Part shown: positions 51,772-63,308 of the stretch, piece by piece
Position numbering within the stretch: position 1 is the first letter of the stretch
How the letters are laid out: every line of letters begins with the position of its first letter
Assembly: GCF_008831285.2 (NCBI RefSeq)
Contig: NC_045138.2
Location: 28,396,001-28,460,000 of the forward strand
Direction of reading: 5' to 3'
Length of the DNA: 64,000 nucleotides
Source: Nymphaea colorata
Taxonomy: Eukaryota
Position numbers and translations under genes: made by a program
The notes under the pieces: generated by a model
Told to the model about the DNA's origin: nothing
Databases searched by the model: none
What the model saw: only the letters and a program-made list of their open reading frames with translations

Positions 51772-52497
51772 TCTTCTTTAGAGCTTGCTGCTTAGGCATC
51801 ACTTATATTTGGTGAATGGTCAATGGATAAATTGAGAGAGCATTTTAAGCAAAGAGTCTCTTATGGATGCTGAAAAAGGAGTTAAAATTGATGAAAGTTA
51901 ATGCAAAAAGTAAAACTTCCAGCCTTCTTTATGAAGAAGGTAAATGGTTCAACTTTTGGGTTCTCCAATAACTCCATCATGCATGACAAGTGCCCCATCG
52001 GCTTCCCTACTTTAATTTTCAGTTTTTGTTTTTAATATGTCAATTATGGCCATAGTGGAATGGCCAAGTTATGTCAATTATAGCCATAGTGGAATCACCA
52101 AAAGTCATGTCATTTGTTTTTCAGTTTTTTTCTTCTTTAGAGCTTGTTGCTTAGTCATCACTTATATTTGGTGAATGGTCATGGATGAATTCATGAGAGC
52201 ATTTTAAGCAACAAGAGTCTCTTGTGGATGCTAAAAAAGGAGTTAAAATTGATGAAAGTTAATGCAAAAAATAAAACTTCCAGACTTGTTTATGAAGAAG
52301 GTGAATGGTCCAACTTTTGGGTTTCCCAATAACTCCATCATGCGCATGACAAGTGTCCATATGGCTTCCCTACTTTAATTTTCAGTTTTTTTTTTTAATA
52401 TGTCAATTATGGCCATAGTGGAATCATCAAGAGTCATGTCAATTTTAGCCATAGTGGAATCACAAAAAGTCATGTCATTTGTTTTTCAGTTTTTTTT
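51772..52497. repeat. About 360-bp diverged tandem duplication spanning host flank, TSD and the first ~240 bp of the copia 5' LTR
   Basis: Units start TCTTCTTTAGAGCTTG at 51772 and 52131. Both contain GGAGTTAAAAT|TGATGAAAGTTAATGC, with LTR starts at 51889 and 52250. Confidence 0.88.
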
Positions 52498-55400
52498 ACA
52501 TGTATATATATGGCCCTTTGGGTTGGTCAAATGTAAGTGAGAAAGACTTTCAAATGTGCTCTAAGATTTCTTGTCGTGTGCTTAATCTTTGCTGTCTTGT
52601 GTCATGCCTTGTGACCACTTGAAGAAACAAGTGGTGGATTAGTTGTTGTGTTGCTCTTCTGTTGTATTTGTGTCATCTACAAGAGCACAAGAAGAGGATG
52701 TGCAGGCAGCTCATTCCTTTAGCAAATAGTGGTATTAGAGACAGGTCAATTGTGTTGTCGCAATTGCTGGTAAGAGTGCAAAAGAGAAGCCTGCAAGGAA
52801 AAATATGCACACAACTTGTTCGACAAAATTTCTATGGGAAATTTTTGTTCATTATGGCTAATGGCATGACCACTTCAAATAATTTTCAATCGCTCATATC
52901 TGTATTTAATGGAGATAATTATGGATTTTGGAGCATAAAAATAAAACTTTCTTTTTGTCACAAGATCTTTGGGATCTAGTTGAGAATGACTATATAAAGA
53001 GTGCGGAGAGCTCCAAACAAGGAGAAAAGACGGTTGAATCAAGAGTGCAACAAAAGAAAGATTCAAAAGCCTTACCTGTTCTTCAACAAGCTGGAAGTGA
53101 GACTATCTTTCCTCGAATTGCTGGTGCTACTAGTTCAAATGAAGCTTAGACTATTCTAAAAAAAGAATATCATGGTGATAAGAAGGTAACAATAGTGAAA
53201 ACTCCAAACTCTCCATAAAGAGTTTGAGACACTGTTTATGAAATACAATGAATCTGTCCATTTTTTTTTCAAGAGCTTTCACAATTATAAATGAGATTAA
53301 AACCTTTGGAGAGGTTGTTATAACCAAAAAAATTGTAGAAAAAATATTGAGGAACTTACCACTTTACGGCTATAGAAAGTCTAAGGATTTGACTACATAC
53401 TCTGCTAATGATTATTGGGTTCTCTTTTAGCCCATGAACAAAAAATGAACATGTCAATTGAGGAAAACGTTGAACAAGCATTCCAAGCTCAAGTCAAGTT
53501 GGATGACTTTAGCAAAGAGAGAAAGGGAACAAAAATACAAAAGAATGCAAGTCGTGGGCAAGGTAGAGGTAACTACGGTTGACGAGGAAGATTTGAGGCA
53601 GGAAAAAACAATTCAGAAGGAGGTGACACAAACAATAAAAAACATGGCCACAAAAACATGTACTGTGTTTTTTACAAAAGAAATGGTCATACTGAAGCGT
53701 ACTGTTAGGATAAAGCAAAACAACAAGCTAATGTAGTGGAAGAGAAAGTAGAAGATCGTAACTTGTTTTTTACTCATACAAAGACAAAAGAAAATATTGA
53801 TCATGTATGGTTTTTAGATAGCGGATGCAATAATCATATGACAGGAAAGAGAGACTTGTTTCGTGACATTGATGAATCAGTGAAGTAACAAGTTCGACTT
53901 GGAGACAACAAAAATGTGTAAATTGATGGTAAAGGCACAATTGAGATACCAATGAAAAGTGATACTAAAAGGTTGGTACATGATGTTTACTATATACTTG
54001 GATTAACATATAACTTGCTAAGTGTTGGACAATTAGTACAAAAAGGATATTTGATTTCATTTCATGATGATGTATGTGAAATTAAAAAAAATGTTCTAAC
54101 ATGCAATCTATAGTAATGCACATGACAAAAAACAAAATGTTTCCGATCAAGCTTTCACATTTTGATGCATATGCTTTAGTTGCAGACATGAATAAAGTGT
54201 CTAAGTTATGACACTTAAAATATGGACAATTGCACTATAATTGACTATGTTATTGGGGCACAAAAAATTAGTTGTTGGTTTACCTCATCTTACTATTAAT
54301 GAAGATATTCGCGAAACATGTGTGTATGGAAAACTACATTGCCTTCCATTTTCAGTTGGAAAAGCATGGAGAGTAAAAGCTCTTTTAGAATTAGTATATG
54401 CTGACATTTGTGGAACAACAAGTACTCCATCTCTGAATTATAGTAGATAATTTTTGCTATTCACTGATGATTTTTCTCGCATGAGTTGAGTGTTTTTTCT
54501 TCTTGAAAAATCAAAAGCCTTTGAGAAATTCAAAGAATTTAAAGTATTTGCAGAAAAAGAATGTGGGCGACCTATAAAAATATTTCGTACTGATAAAGGA
54601 GGAGAATTTCTGTCAAATGTTTTTGAAAATTTCTGCAAATTACATAGTATATGTAGACAGTTAACGATTACAAAAACTTCCCAGCGAAATGGAGTTGCTG
54701 AAAGAAAAATCCGTATAGTAGTAGAGATGGCTCGTAGCATGTTCAATGAAAAGCATCTTCCAAATGAGTTTTGGGCTAAAGTAGTGGTCACAACAGTGTA
54801 TATTTAGCTGTGTATCTTCTCAACATATCATCAATCAAAGCAGTCTGCAATATGACTCCATATAAAGCATGGTGGGAGAAAAAACCTGATGTAAGTAGTT
54901 TTAAGGTTTTTGGATGCATTGCCTACTCCTTGCTTGATTCTAGTAGTTGAGACAAAATGGATAAAAAGAGTGAGAAATGTATTTTTGTGGGTGACAATAA
55001 TAACTCAAAAGGTTATAGACTATACGATCCGGTAACAAAGTCTTTAATCATTTGGCGTGATATCATTTTTGAAGAGAATGGATCATAGAAGTAGACAACA
55101 ATAGAAGGTCAACATATTCCATTTGTCGAATCAACTTCGCACTCACATGCATCATCATCAAGTGCTACTCATTCAAAGGAGACCAATTCAGATCATGAAG
55201 AAGATGTCGAAGATGGATATTCTTTACCAAGAAAGGTACGATCTCTCCATGACATATATGCTTTTTGTTCATTTGCTTTTATGATAGCTGAACCATCACG
55301 TTATGAGGAAGCATGTGGTAAAGAAGAAGGAGATAAAACAATACAAGAAGAGATCAATACAATTAAGAGAAATGACACATGGCAGCTGGTAGATTTGCCA

Positions 55401-57584
55401 CAAGGAAATGAACCCATAAGTGTGAAATGAGTTTACAAATTGAAGTATAATGTTAATGGAGATGTGCAAAAATACAAGGCCAGACTAGTCGTCGTAGGGT
55501 ATGTATAAAAGTATGACATTGATTATTTTGAAACTTTTTTCTCCTCTTGCTTGTTTTGAGACTATTAGACTAGTATTGGCACTAGCAGCTCACTTAAAAT
55601 AGAAAAAGTCTGCTTTTTTAAATGGTGCTTTAGAAGAAGATGTATACGTACATAGGCTTGGGCATCGGACAGGCCGCCACCGGCCTGACCCGGTAGCGGC
55701 CAGGCCCGTTTACATTAAAATTTTATTTTTTTTTAATTTTTTTGTGTTAAAAATATATATTTATTATCATTAAATACATTTTATATTTAAAAAAATTATT
55801 TTATAGTTAAAAAAATTATTTTTTAATTTCAAATAGGCCGGGCCGAGCCCAGGCCGAGACCCGGGCTATCGGGCCAGGCCCAGGCCAGGCTCACTGGCCC
55901 GACGGTCCGGATCGGGCCGGCCCACCCTTATACGTACATTAACCATAGAGCTTTGTCATAAGTGGACAGAAGAACAAAGTGTATAAATCGAAGAAGACCC
56001 TTTATAGTCTCAAACAAACACCAAAAGCATGGTATGGGAGGCTTGACACATATCTTCACAAAAATGGGTATCGATGTTGTGAGAGTGAACAGACATTATA
56101 CTTGAAAAATGAAGGTATTGACATGCTTGTGGTATGTGTTTATGTAGATGACATTATCTACATGGGATCAAGTGATGCGCTCATTTAAAAATTCAAGGAC
56201 GGTATGATAACTGATAAGTGAGTTCGAAATGTCAGGTTTGGGTTTATTGCATTTCTTCTTTGGTCTTCAAGTTGTCCAAACAAATAATGACATTTTTATC
56301 TTTCAACAAAATTATGCATTAAGCATACTTAAGAGATATAAAATGTTAGATTGCAAGTCGAGTTCTACTCGCATGAACGCAGGTGAAAAGTTGACTTTGT
56401 CTGATGGGACTGCTAAAACCAATGAAACAATGTTTATAGGTCTAGATGGTGGCTTGTTATATTTGACATATACACGGCCAAATATTTTATTTGCTGTCGG
56501 CTTGGTATCCAGATTCATGCACAATCCATCATTACACAATCTGGGGGCAGCAAAACGTGTTTTGCATTACATCCGTAAAACTACTGAATATGAAATTTGG
56601 TATAAATCAGATGTTTATTTTAACTAACTTGGTTACACTGATAGTGACTGGGAAGGAGCTGTAGATGATCGAAGGAACACAAGCAGCTATGTTTTTACAC
56701 TTGGATCAGGTGCTACATCATGGTGTTCAAAGAAGCAAAATACAACAACATTATGACGTTCAAAAGTGGAGTATATTGCTGCACCTGCAGCTACTTGTCA
56801 GACAATTTGGATGCATCGAGTTTTGGAAGATCTTGGTCAAAGTCAAACTGAAGGAACCCCAATCCATTGTGACAACTAGACAACTATAGCAATGACAAGA
56901 AATCCGATTTACCATGGGCGGACAAAACATATTAAACTTCATCATCATTTCATTTGTGAGATCGTTGGTAAAGGTCAAACCATGTTAAAGTATTGCTCAA
57001 CCAATGAGCAAGTTGCAAATGGGTTTACTAAGGCACTTTCATACCCAAAATTTGTGAAGTTTCGGTCTCACCTTGGTGTCTCAAACTTTGGATTAAGGGG
57101 GAGTGATGAAAGTTAATGCAAAAAATAAAACTTCCAGCCTTCTTTATGAAGAAGGTGAATCCAACTTTTGGGTTCCCCAATAACTCTATCATGCGCATGA
57201 CAAGTGCCCCTTCGACTTCCCTACTTTAATTTCAGTTTTTGTTTTTAATATGTCAATTATGGCCATAGTGGAATCATCAAGAGTCATGTCAATTATGGCC
57301 ATAGTGGAATCACCAAGAGTCATAGAATCAGCAAGAGTCATATCATTTATTTTTCAGTTTTTTTTACATGTATATATACGGCCCTTTGGGTTGGCCAAAT
57401 GTGAGTGCGAAAGGCTTTCAAGTGTGCTCTAAGATTTCTTGTTGTGTGCTTAATCTTTGCTACCTTATGACCACTTGAAGAAACAAGTGGTAGATTATTT
57501 GTTGTGTTACTCTTATGTTATATTCGTGTCATCTACATGAGCACAAGAAGAGGACGTGCATGCTGGTCATTCCTTTAGCAAACA
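52250..57584 (+). mobile_element. Full-length decayed Ty1/copia LTR retrotransposon
   Basis: 5' LTR 52250-52728 and 3' LTR 57104-57584 (TG…CA; the 5' copy ends TA). TSD AAAAT at 52245-52249 and 57585-57589. PBS TGGTATTAGAG at 52730 (tRNA-iMet type). PPT TTAAGGGGGAG just before 57104. gag-pol remnants from 52854: FNGDNYGFWSIK, WFLDSGCNNHMTG protease, integrase (LELVYADICG, RTDKGGEF, NGVAERK), RT (KSAFLNG, YVDDII), RNase H (YTDSDWEG, RTKHI). Many stops and frameshifts. Confidence 0.95.
55653..55930. mobile_element. hAT-type MITE nested in the copia RT region
   Basis: 8-bp TSD TACGTACA at 55645-55652 and 55931-55938. Imperfect TIRs TAGGCTTGGGC / (rc) TAAGGGTGGGC. GGCC-rich subtermini and an AT-rich core. 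It interrupts the LEEDVYV motif. Confidence 0.88.
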
Positions 57585-58911
57585 AAAATATCTGAATTTA
57601 GCAGTAGTTTGCATCTTCTCGCCAAGTATTTCTTCCCCTGGGTTTTGTTTTGTATCCAAGTGCCTTCTGATAATTTTTTTTGTATTATACTCCAGGAGAT
57701 GAAAAAAGAAAGAAAGAATGTGTTGAAAACTTGAAAGTACATGGTCTTCTTACTGTCAAGTAATTTTCTAAGGTTAATGTGAATGAAATTTCTGTAAGCA
57801 GTAAACATTACCCATGTAGCATTTGAATGTAAGCTCAAATTATTTGTTGATTCTATTCATCTTGTAAAAATCAAATGATCTTAATATTTAACAAGTGTCC
57901 CATTCTTTGGTTGTAAAGACACGAATAAAATGCCAACTGTAAAGTAAAACAACACGCACATTCATTCTTTTTAAGTTTCTCTAGGTAAATCCACAATAGC
58001 GTCCCATAAATGAACAACAGAATGAGACACTATTATGAATATGAAAGAAGAACTAAAAAACCAAGGAAGAGAACACATGATAATTAAACTAATAAGTATC
58101 AATTATCATTTCCCATACAACTTTTACATGCCCTCCGCTTAGACAAGTAGACAAAACTGCACATGTATAGTGCTTCATAGTGGGCTTCCTTACATGCAGT
58201 CAGTGTGAAGCCTTCTTTTGTCTGCTATTCTTACATGGGTGCATCCTGTCATAAACAAAATGAATGTGATTCAATGGGATATATTCCTTTGTGAATATCA
58301 ATTAATGTGAAGGTTTGAGTTGCTCGACGTCAAAACAATGATAAACAAGATAGGTGCTGATTCTGATATTCACTATAAAGCATGTGAGAACTTGGTCTAT
58401 ATATTGGAAGCAAATTGTTAAAGTTTTCTAGAGTCTTTCTAAAATATTGGAAAGTGGATATGGGTCTACTTATTCTTTTCATGTTTTTAGTGGACTGAAA
58501 TTGAAAATATATATTGTCGACACCCTAATCTCTTTTAATATGAGATTAGGGTTACGTGATCTAATAAGAAAAAGTTTTTTTCTCTCTCTTTTAACTCTCT
58601 CTCTCTCTCTTACCTCCTCCTCTCTTTAACATGTAACATGGTATCAAAGCCTTAGATTTAGGACTGTGCTATATTGCGTTTCACGTTCCTCCCCTCATCT
58701 CTCATCTCTTCATTCAAGTTAGGGTTCATTCACATATACAATCTCTGCTAATTACAAAAGAAGCAAGTAAACTGTTTGGTAGAAAGGAGCTAATCACGTT
58801 TAACATGTAGAAACATGATTAGCACCCATGTGTTGCTGTTGGAGTCATTAATGTCGTTGTTTAGATCTCGACGCTGAAGAAGTTCAGCCACATAAAGTTG
58901 TTGAATGGTGG

Positions 58912-59030
58912 ATCAGATCAAAATGTATCAGATCTGACTTATTTGCTGCAGTGGAAGAAGGTCAAACCATGCATCAGATTAGAATGTATCATATCAGACT
59001 TATGTGCTGTTGTGAAAGAAGGTCGAACTA
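58912..59030. repeat. Diverged ~61-bp tandem repeat in the 5' leader of copia #2
   Basis: ATCAGATCAAAATGTATCAGATCTGACTTATTTGCTG…GAAGGTCAAAC is followed by ATCAGATTAGAATGTATCATATCAGACTTATGTGCTG…GAAGGTCGAAC. Confidence 0.75.
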
Positions 59031-60047
59031 GAGAACATTTGATAGGCTAGGACATTCAAATATGCTTGGTCATGTACTACCTAGTGGATCCTAACAGGAA
59101 AAGGTATGTCGTATTGGCAGGTTTGAAATTGTTTGGAATTACAACATAGTTGAAGTTGAGTGGAGCTGACAGGTTGTGTTGAGATTTACTGTTAGACCTG
59201 TGTATGTTTGCTATCTGCAAACTATATTTGAAATTGCTGCCGCAGTCTGAAACAATAAATAAATTGCTGCCTACTGCCTTCGTTTGAAAATAGCTTGCTA
59301 TTTTTTCTTGTTTGCGTTCAACTTGCTATTTGTCCTTTGGTTGTGATCTTCCTGTTCTATTACATTGGTTTTCTACTATGGTTGACGGTAGTAGGCCAGA
59401 AGGGTCTAATGAATACAAGATGGCTACAAACTCTTTTTCTTATGAAACCACAATCTAACTTGCTGGTTCAAATTATGAAATCTAGTCTACGTTATTTATG
59501 ATGTCTGCGGCTGGTCATAGAAAGAAGTATAATATTGAAGAAAATGAACCCCTTGAGAAAAAAGGGAAATATGCTACGTGGGATGAAGATAATGACATTA
59601 TAATGGCATGGATTATGAACAGTGTAGAGTCCCGTATAGCTACAACAATTGCATACTACACCAAAGCTATAGAGATGAGGTTTTTCTTGAAGAAGACGTA
59701 TTCTCATGCTACTAATGTTATTAAAATTTTACAATTGGATGAGGATCTTTGTAACATACAACAAGGAGATCAAGATTTATCACAATATTTTGCTACATTG
59801 ACTGCTGCATATCAACGGTTAAAAGCTTTTCGCTCACGTTGCAAGCACTGTTATGCATCGCATTTTGAAATTGGTATGATAGCGAAGTTTCTTTCTGGGT
59901 TGTCTTCAGAGTATTCTGTTGCGAAGTCTCAAATTCTCACAGGTAGTGATCTTCCAGACTTAACATATACTTATGATAGACTGAGTCGTCTTCCAGACAC
60001 TCTTACTCAGCCTATGGATGATTGGCTCAAGAGCATCGTCGGCTACG

Positions 60048-60140
60048 ATGGAAAGCACGCTCAAGGAGATGAGGGACGACACAAATTGATGGTCGGCGGA
60101 GTCCAGGACATCTACGGGGAGGATCATGTCATAGAGAAGC
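60048..60140 (+). pseudogene. Captured fragment of an NADP-dependent malic enzyme N-terminus
   Basis: ATG at 60048 reads MESTLKEMRD; after a deletion/frameshift the sequence reads VGGVQDIYGEDHVIEK. This matches the plant NADP-ME N-terminus MESTLKEMRDG…GGGVEDVYGEDRATE as recalled from family knowledge. Confidence 0.75.
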
Positions 60141-60544
60141 CACCAAATAGGAATAAGGAATCGTGGTGGGGGTGGGGCTCGTCGTCCGTTTGTGGGGTGT
60201 CAGGCAGGAGCAGAGGGGAGGAGATGGAGAGAGAGAGATGTCCGTCTCTGTGGGGTGAAAAGTCGATGTGACAGAAGTGTTGCAGAGAGGCGGAGGGGGC
60301 CACTTGAGACTGTTTTGATCTCTTAGCGTCAATGGAAGTGACGAAAAACCACTTTTATCATAACAAAAACAACCATGAACACCCAATGAAAACCACCACT
60401 GAGACTGAACTAGAGAAAGAGGGTAAATAGTACATGCACAGTGTGCACGCTATAATTGTTCACTTCAAAACTTCAAAGCAGATGAAGGATAAGCCTATGT
60501 CCAAAATCAGCTGAATGCACATGAAAAGTGAGTACCAAAAACTT

Positions 60545-61175
60545 TAGTAATGAAGGCGCCGCTTTCCGGAATCACAAAATCCGATCACCCGTTCGCTCCC
60601 CAATACTCACTTTCAAGTGTGTCGCCTCCTACACCTTGCCATGACGCTCCGTCGCCGAATTCCGACAAGCCAAAACAAGGTTTTCCGATACCCACCTCGT
60701 CAAACGTCGATGGCGTGTGAATGTCTAACATGCTCAAGGGCCATCCGAGCAATCCGAGTGGATCGGACAAGCTTTCGCTGGATTCCAACAAAGAGCTGAA
60801 GGTGCCAGTGATGTCAGGGAGGCTGTCGCCACCTAGCTCGTCGAGAACGGGCGTTCCCATCATAGGGAGATCATATCCACCGCGGCCTTCCGGAGGCCTG
60901 AATGTGGATTGAGTAGTAAGAGGGGACTGCTTCATCTCCTAATCTTGGGAAGATTGCTTGGTCTTCTTTTGCCTTGAGTTCCTCTGGCTACCTCCACCTC
61001 CAGGACTGTTTCTTAACGCACCACTGACGGTCCAGTACCATTGGTTTCTCAGCACGCCACCAACTGTCCAGTACCACTGGCAAGACATCCAGAAGTGACG
61101 GGGCAGCGAGAGATTGCAATTGTTGTAGTAGCAGAACTTAGTGTTGATGGAGTGGCAGCGTGGGCACTTCTGGGG
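60545..61175 (-). pseudogene. Captured, decayed Dof zinc-finger transcription factor coding sequence, intronless
   Basis: [42 protein letters not shown] is a Dof domain with the third Cys changed to Trp. The same frame continues past one TAG (60939-60941) through GTFSSLL to YWGANG*SDFVI, resembling the Dof C-terminal W(P/S)DLAI motif. Confidence 0.88.
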
Positions 61176-61286
61176 TTCCTCCTCCGTGTCGAAGGTGCGG
61201 AGTGAGTGGTGGCACCGACTTATCCTATCGCGTATCTCGACCGACCACTGTCTCCAGGGGCCCTTCCTCACACCATGGTAGCTCTT
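61176..61286 (-). pseudogene. Captured N-terminal part of an AP2/ERF DNA-binding domain, fused in frame to the Dof fragment
   Basis: [37 protein letters not shown] matches the ERF consensus YRGVRxRPWGKWAAEIRDP…RxWLGTFDTAEEA; the C-terminal helix is missing. Confidence 0.85.
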
Positions 61287-63098
61287 CTACGACACTACAT
61301 CGGCGGTGGAGTTCGCCCCTGGCTTCTTTTGTTCAATAGTGATGGTGGCGGTAATCAACCACATATGTTTTTATCGTTCACCAGGTTCACTACACCATAA
61401 CACGTCGGGTTGGCTGATGGCAAGTTGTCCCCTATTCTAGGCAACAGTGATATCTCCATCACACCTTTTGGCACCATTGCACATATGTTATATGCACTTC
61501 ATTTTCTTGTTAACATATTATATGTTAAGCAATTGACTAGAGATTTACAGAGTAGAGTCATTTTTTTTTTATCCTGGTTCATGTTCTTTTTAGGATTTAC
61601 AAACTGGGAAGATGATTGGTGGTGACCATAAATGTAATATGCTTTATTTCCTTTCTGTCATCTCAGACTGGGTCATCCCTCAGTGTCCAAGCTTCGTCAC
61701 ATTTTTCAGATATTCCTGCATCAGAGTCTTTCTTATGTGATGCATGCCAGTTAGGCAAACATATACGTAGTAGTTTCCTTTCGAGTCAGAGTCTGTTGAG
61801 TCAAAGTCATTTTGATCTTCTTCATGTTGATTTTTGGGGTCTAAGTCGAGTTTTCTTTCGTTCGGTTTTCTAGTATTACATTGTTCTGGTTGATGATTTT
61901 ATTAGAGTCAGTTTGGTATTTTTGTTACGGGACAAGTCCAAAATCATATGTATTCTTCAAAAATTTGTTAATGAAATAAAAACTCAGTTTCGTGTTATTG
62001 TAAAAAATATTCACTGTGATAATGCTCTTGAATTTAAATCTTTGGTTCCACTTCAATTTTATGCCAATCATGGGATTCTACTACACTATACATGTCCCCA
62101 CACATCCCAACAAAATGATGTTGCTGAATGCAAACATCAACAACTTCTAAATGTGGCTCATGCCCTCATGTTGCATACTCATATGCTTGCCTACTATTGG
62201 GGCGATGCTATCTTCATTGCATGCTATCTCACCAACAAATTGCCTTCGTTTGTCATCCAAGAACACGTTTCCATTCAAATACTATATCCAGATTGATCAT
62301 TATTTTATATACCTCTCAAAATTTTTGGATGTACTTACTTTGGACACATCTTGGGCCCAAACAAAATACAAACTTGCTGCCGAAGCCGTCAAATGTGTGT
62401 TCGTCAGCTATTCTGCCAATAAAAAAGGCTATTGATGTTTTGATCCCCAAAACAAGAAAAAGATGATCAATGCAGATGTTACATTCTTTAAGTCTCGTCC
62501 TTATTTTTCCACTCCAAATATCACTGTCTGAGCTCCTCGTGTCTGTTCCTCTTCCTATTCCCCCAGTACCACTTGAATCTATCCATTCCTCTTAACCATT
62601 GTCATGTGATCGTTTTCTTGATCCTCTAATAATCTATACTCGGCATCAAGGTCTCTCTCCAAAACCACTCACCAGAGTCTTTTCATGAGGTAAGTTCCAC
62701 TGATAAGACTGACTCAGGAAAAAATGAAGATTATTTTGTAGATGATCTACCTATTGCCATCCGCAAGGGCTAGCAACAGTACACAAGGCATTCGATTTCT
62801 AACTCGGTTTCTATGGACCATTTGAGCACAATTTTGGTGTAGTTCGATTGAGCTATTGCTAGTCACACTATTTCGACCTCTCACCACCAAGCTTTATTAG
62901 ATTCACGGTGGAAGCATGCCATACAGGAGGAAATATATGCTTTTCTTTCTAGGGAGACTTGGGACCTGGTGGACCCACCGATGAACTATAGTGTTGTTAG
63001 CTCCAAATGTGTATCCACCATCAAATATCATTCTGATGGTTCCGTAGAGCGCTTCAAAACTTGTCTTGTTGCAAAAGGCTATACACAGACGGGGTGGA

Positions 63099-63308
63099 CC
63101 GATTTTTCCCCCATGCCGATAAGATGCTAAAAAATCCACCACTTTAATGCCTGTTTCAAAGATTGATAATTTGGTATCTAATTGTGAAAAAGCAAGTGTG
63201 GGTCTATGAATAGGAGATGTTGTGCGAGTATCTACAAGACCTAAATTACCAACAGGTCCTCCAAGAACATTGAAAATTCATCCTAGAGTGGCTCCACCAA
63301 CTGGAACA
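63099..63308 (-). pseudogene. atpB: Plastid atpB fragment (NUPT) inserted in the RT region of copia #2
   Basis: The minus strand reads [69 protein letters not shown]. This matches chloroplast ATP synthase beta ([70 protein letters not shown]) and stops just before the P-loop. Confidence 0.9.

Noticed and set aside
52400..52480. ~32-bp direct repeats (TGTCAATTATGGCCATAGTGGAATCA…) that superficially resemble a CRISPR array
   Set aside because: Head-to-tail repeats without unique spacers, inside plant LTRs.
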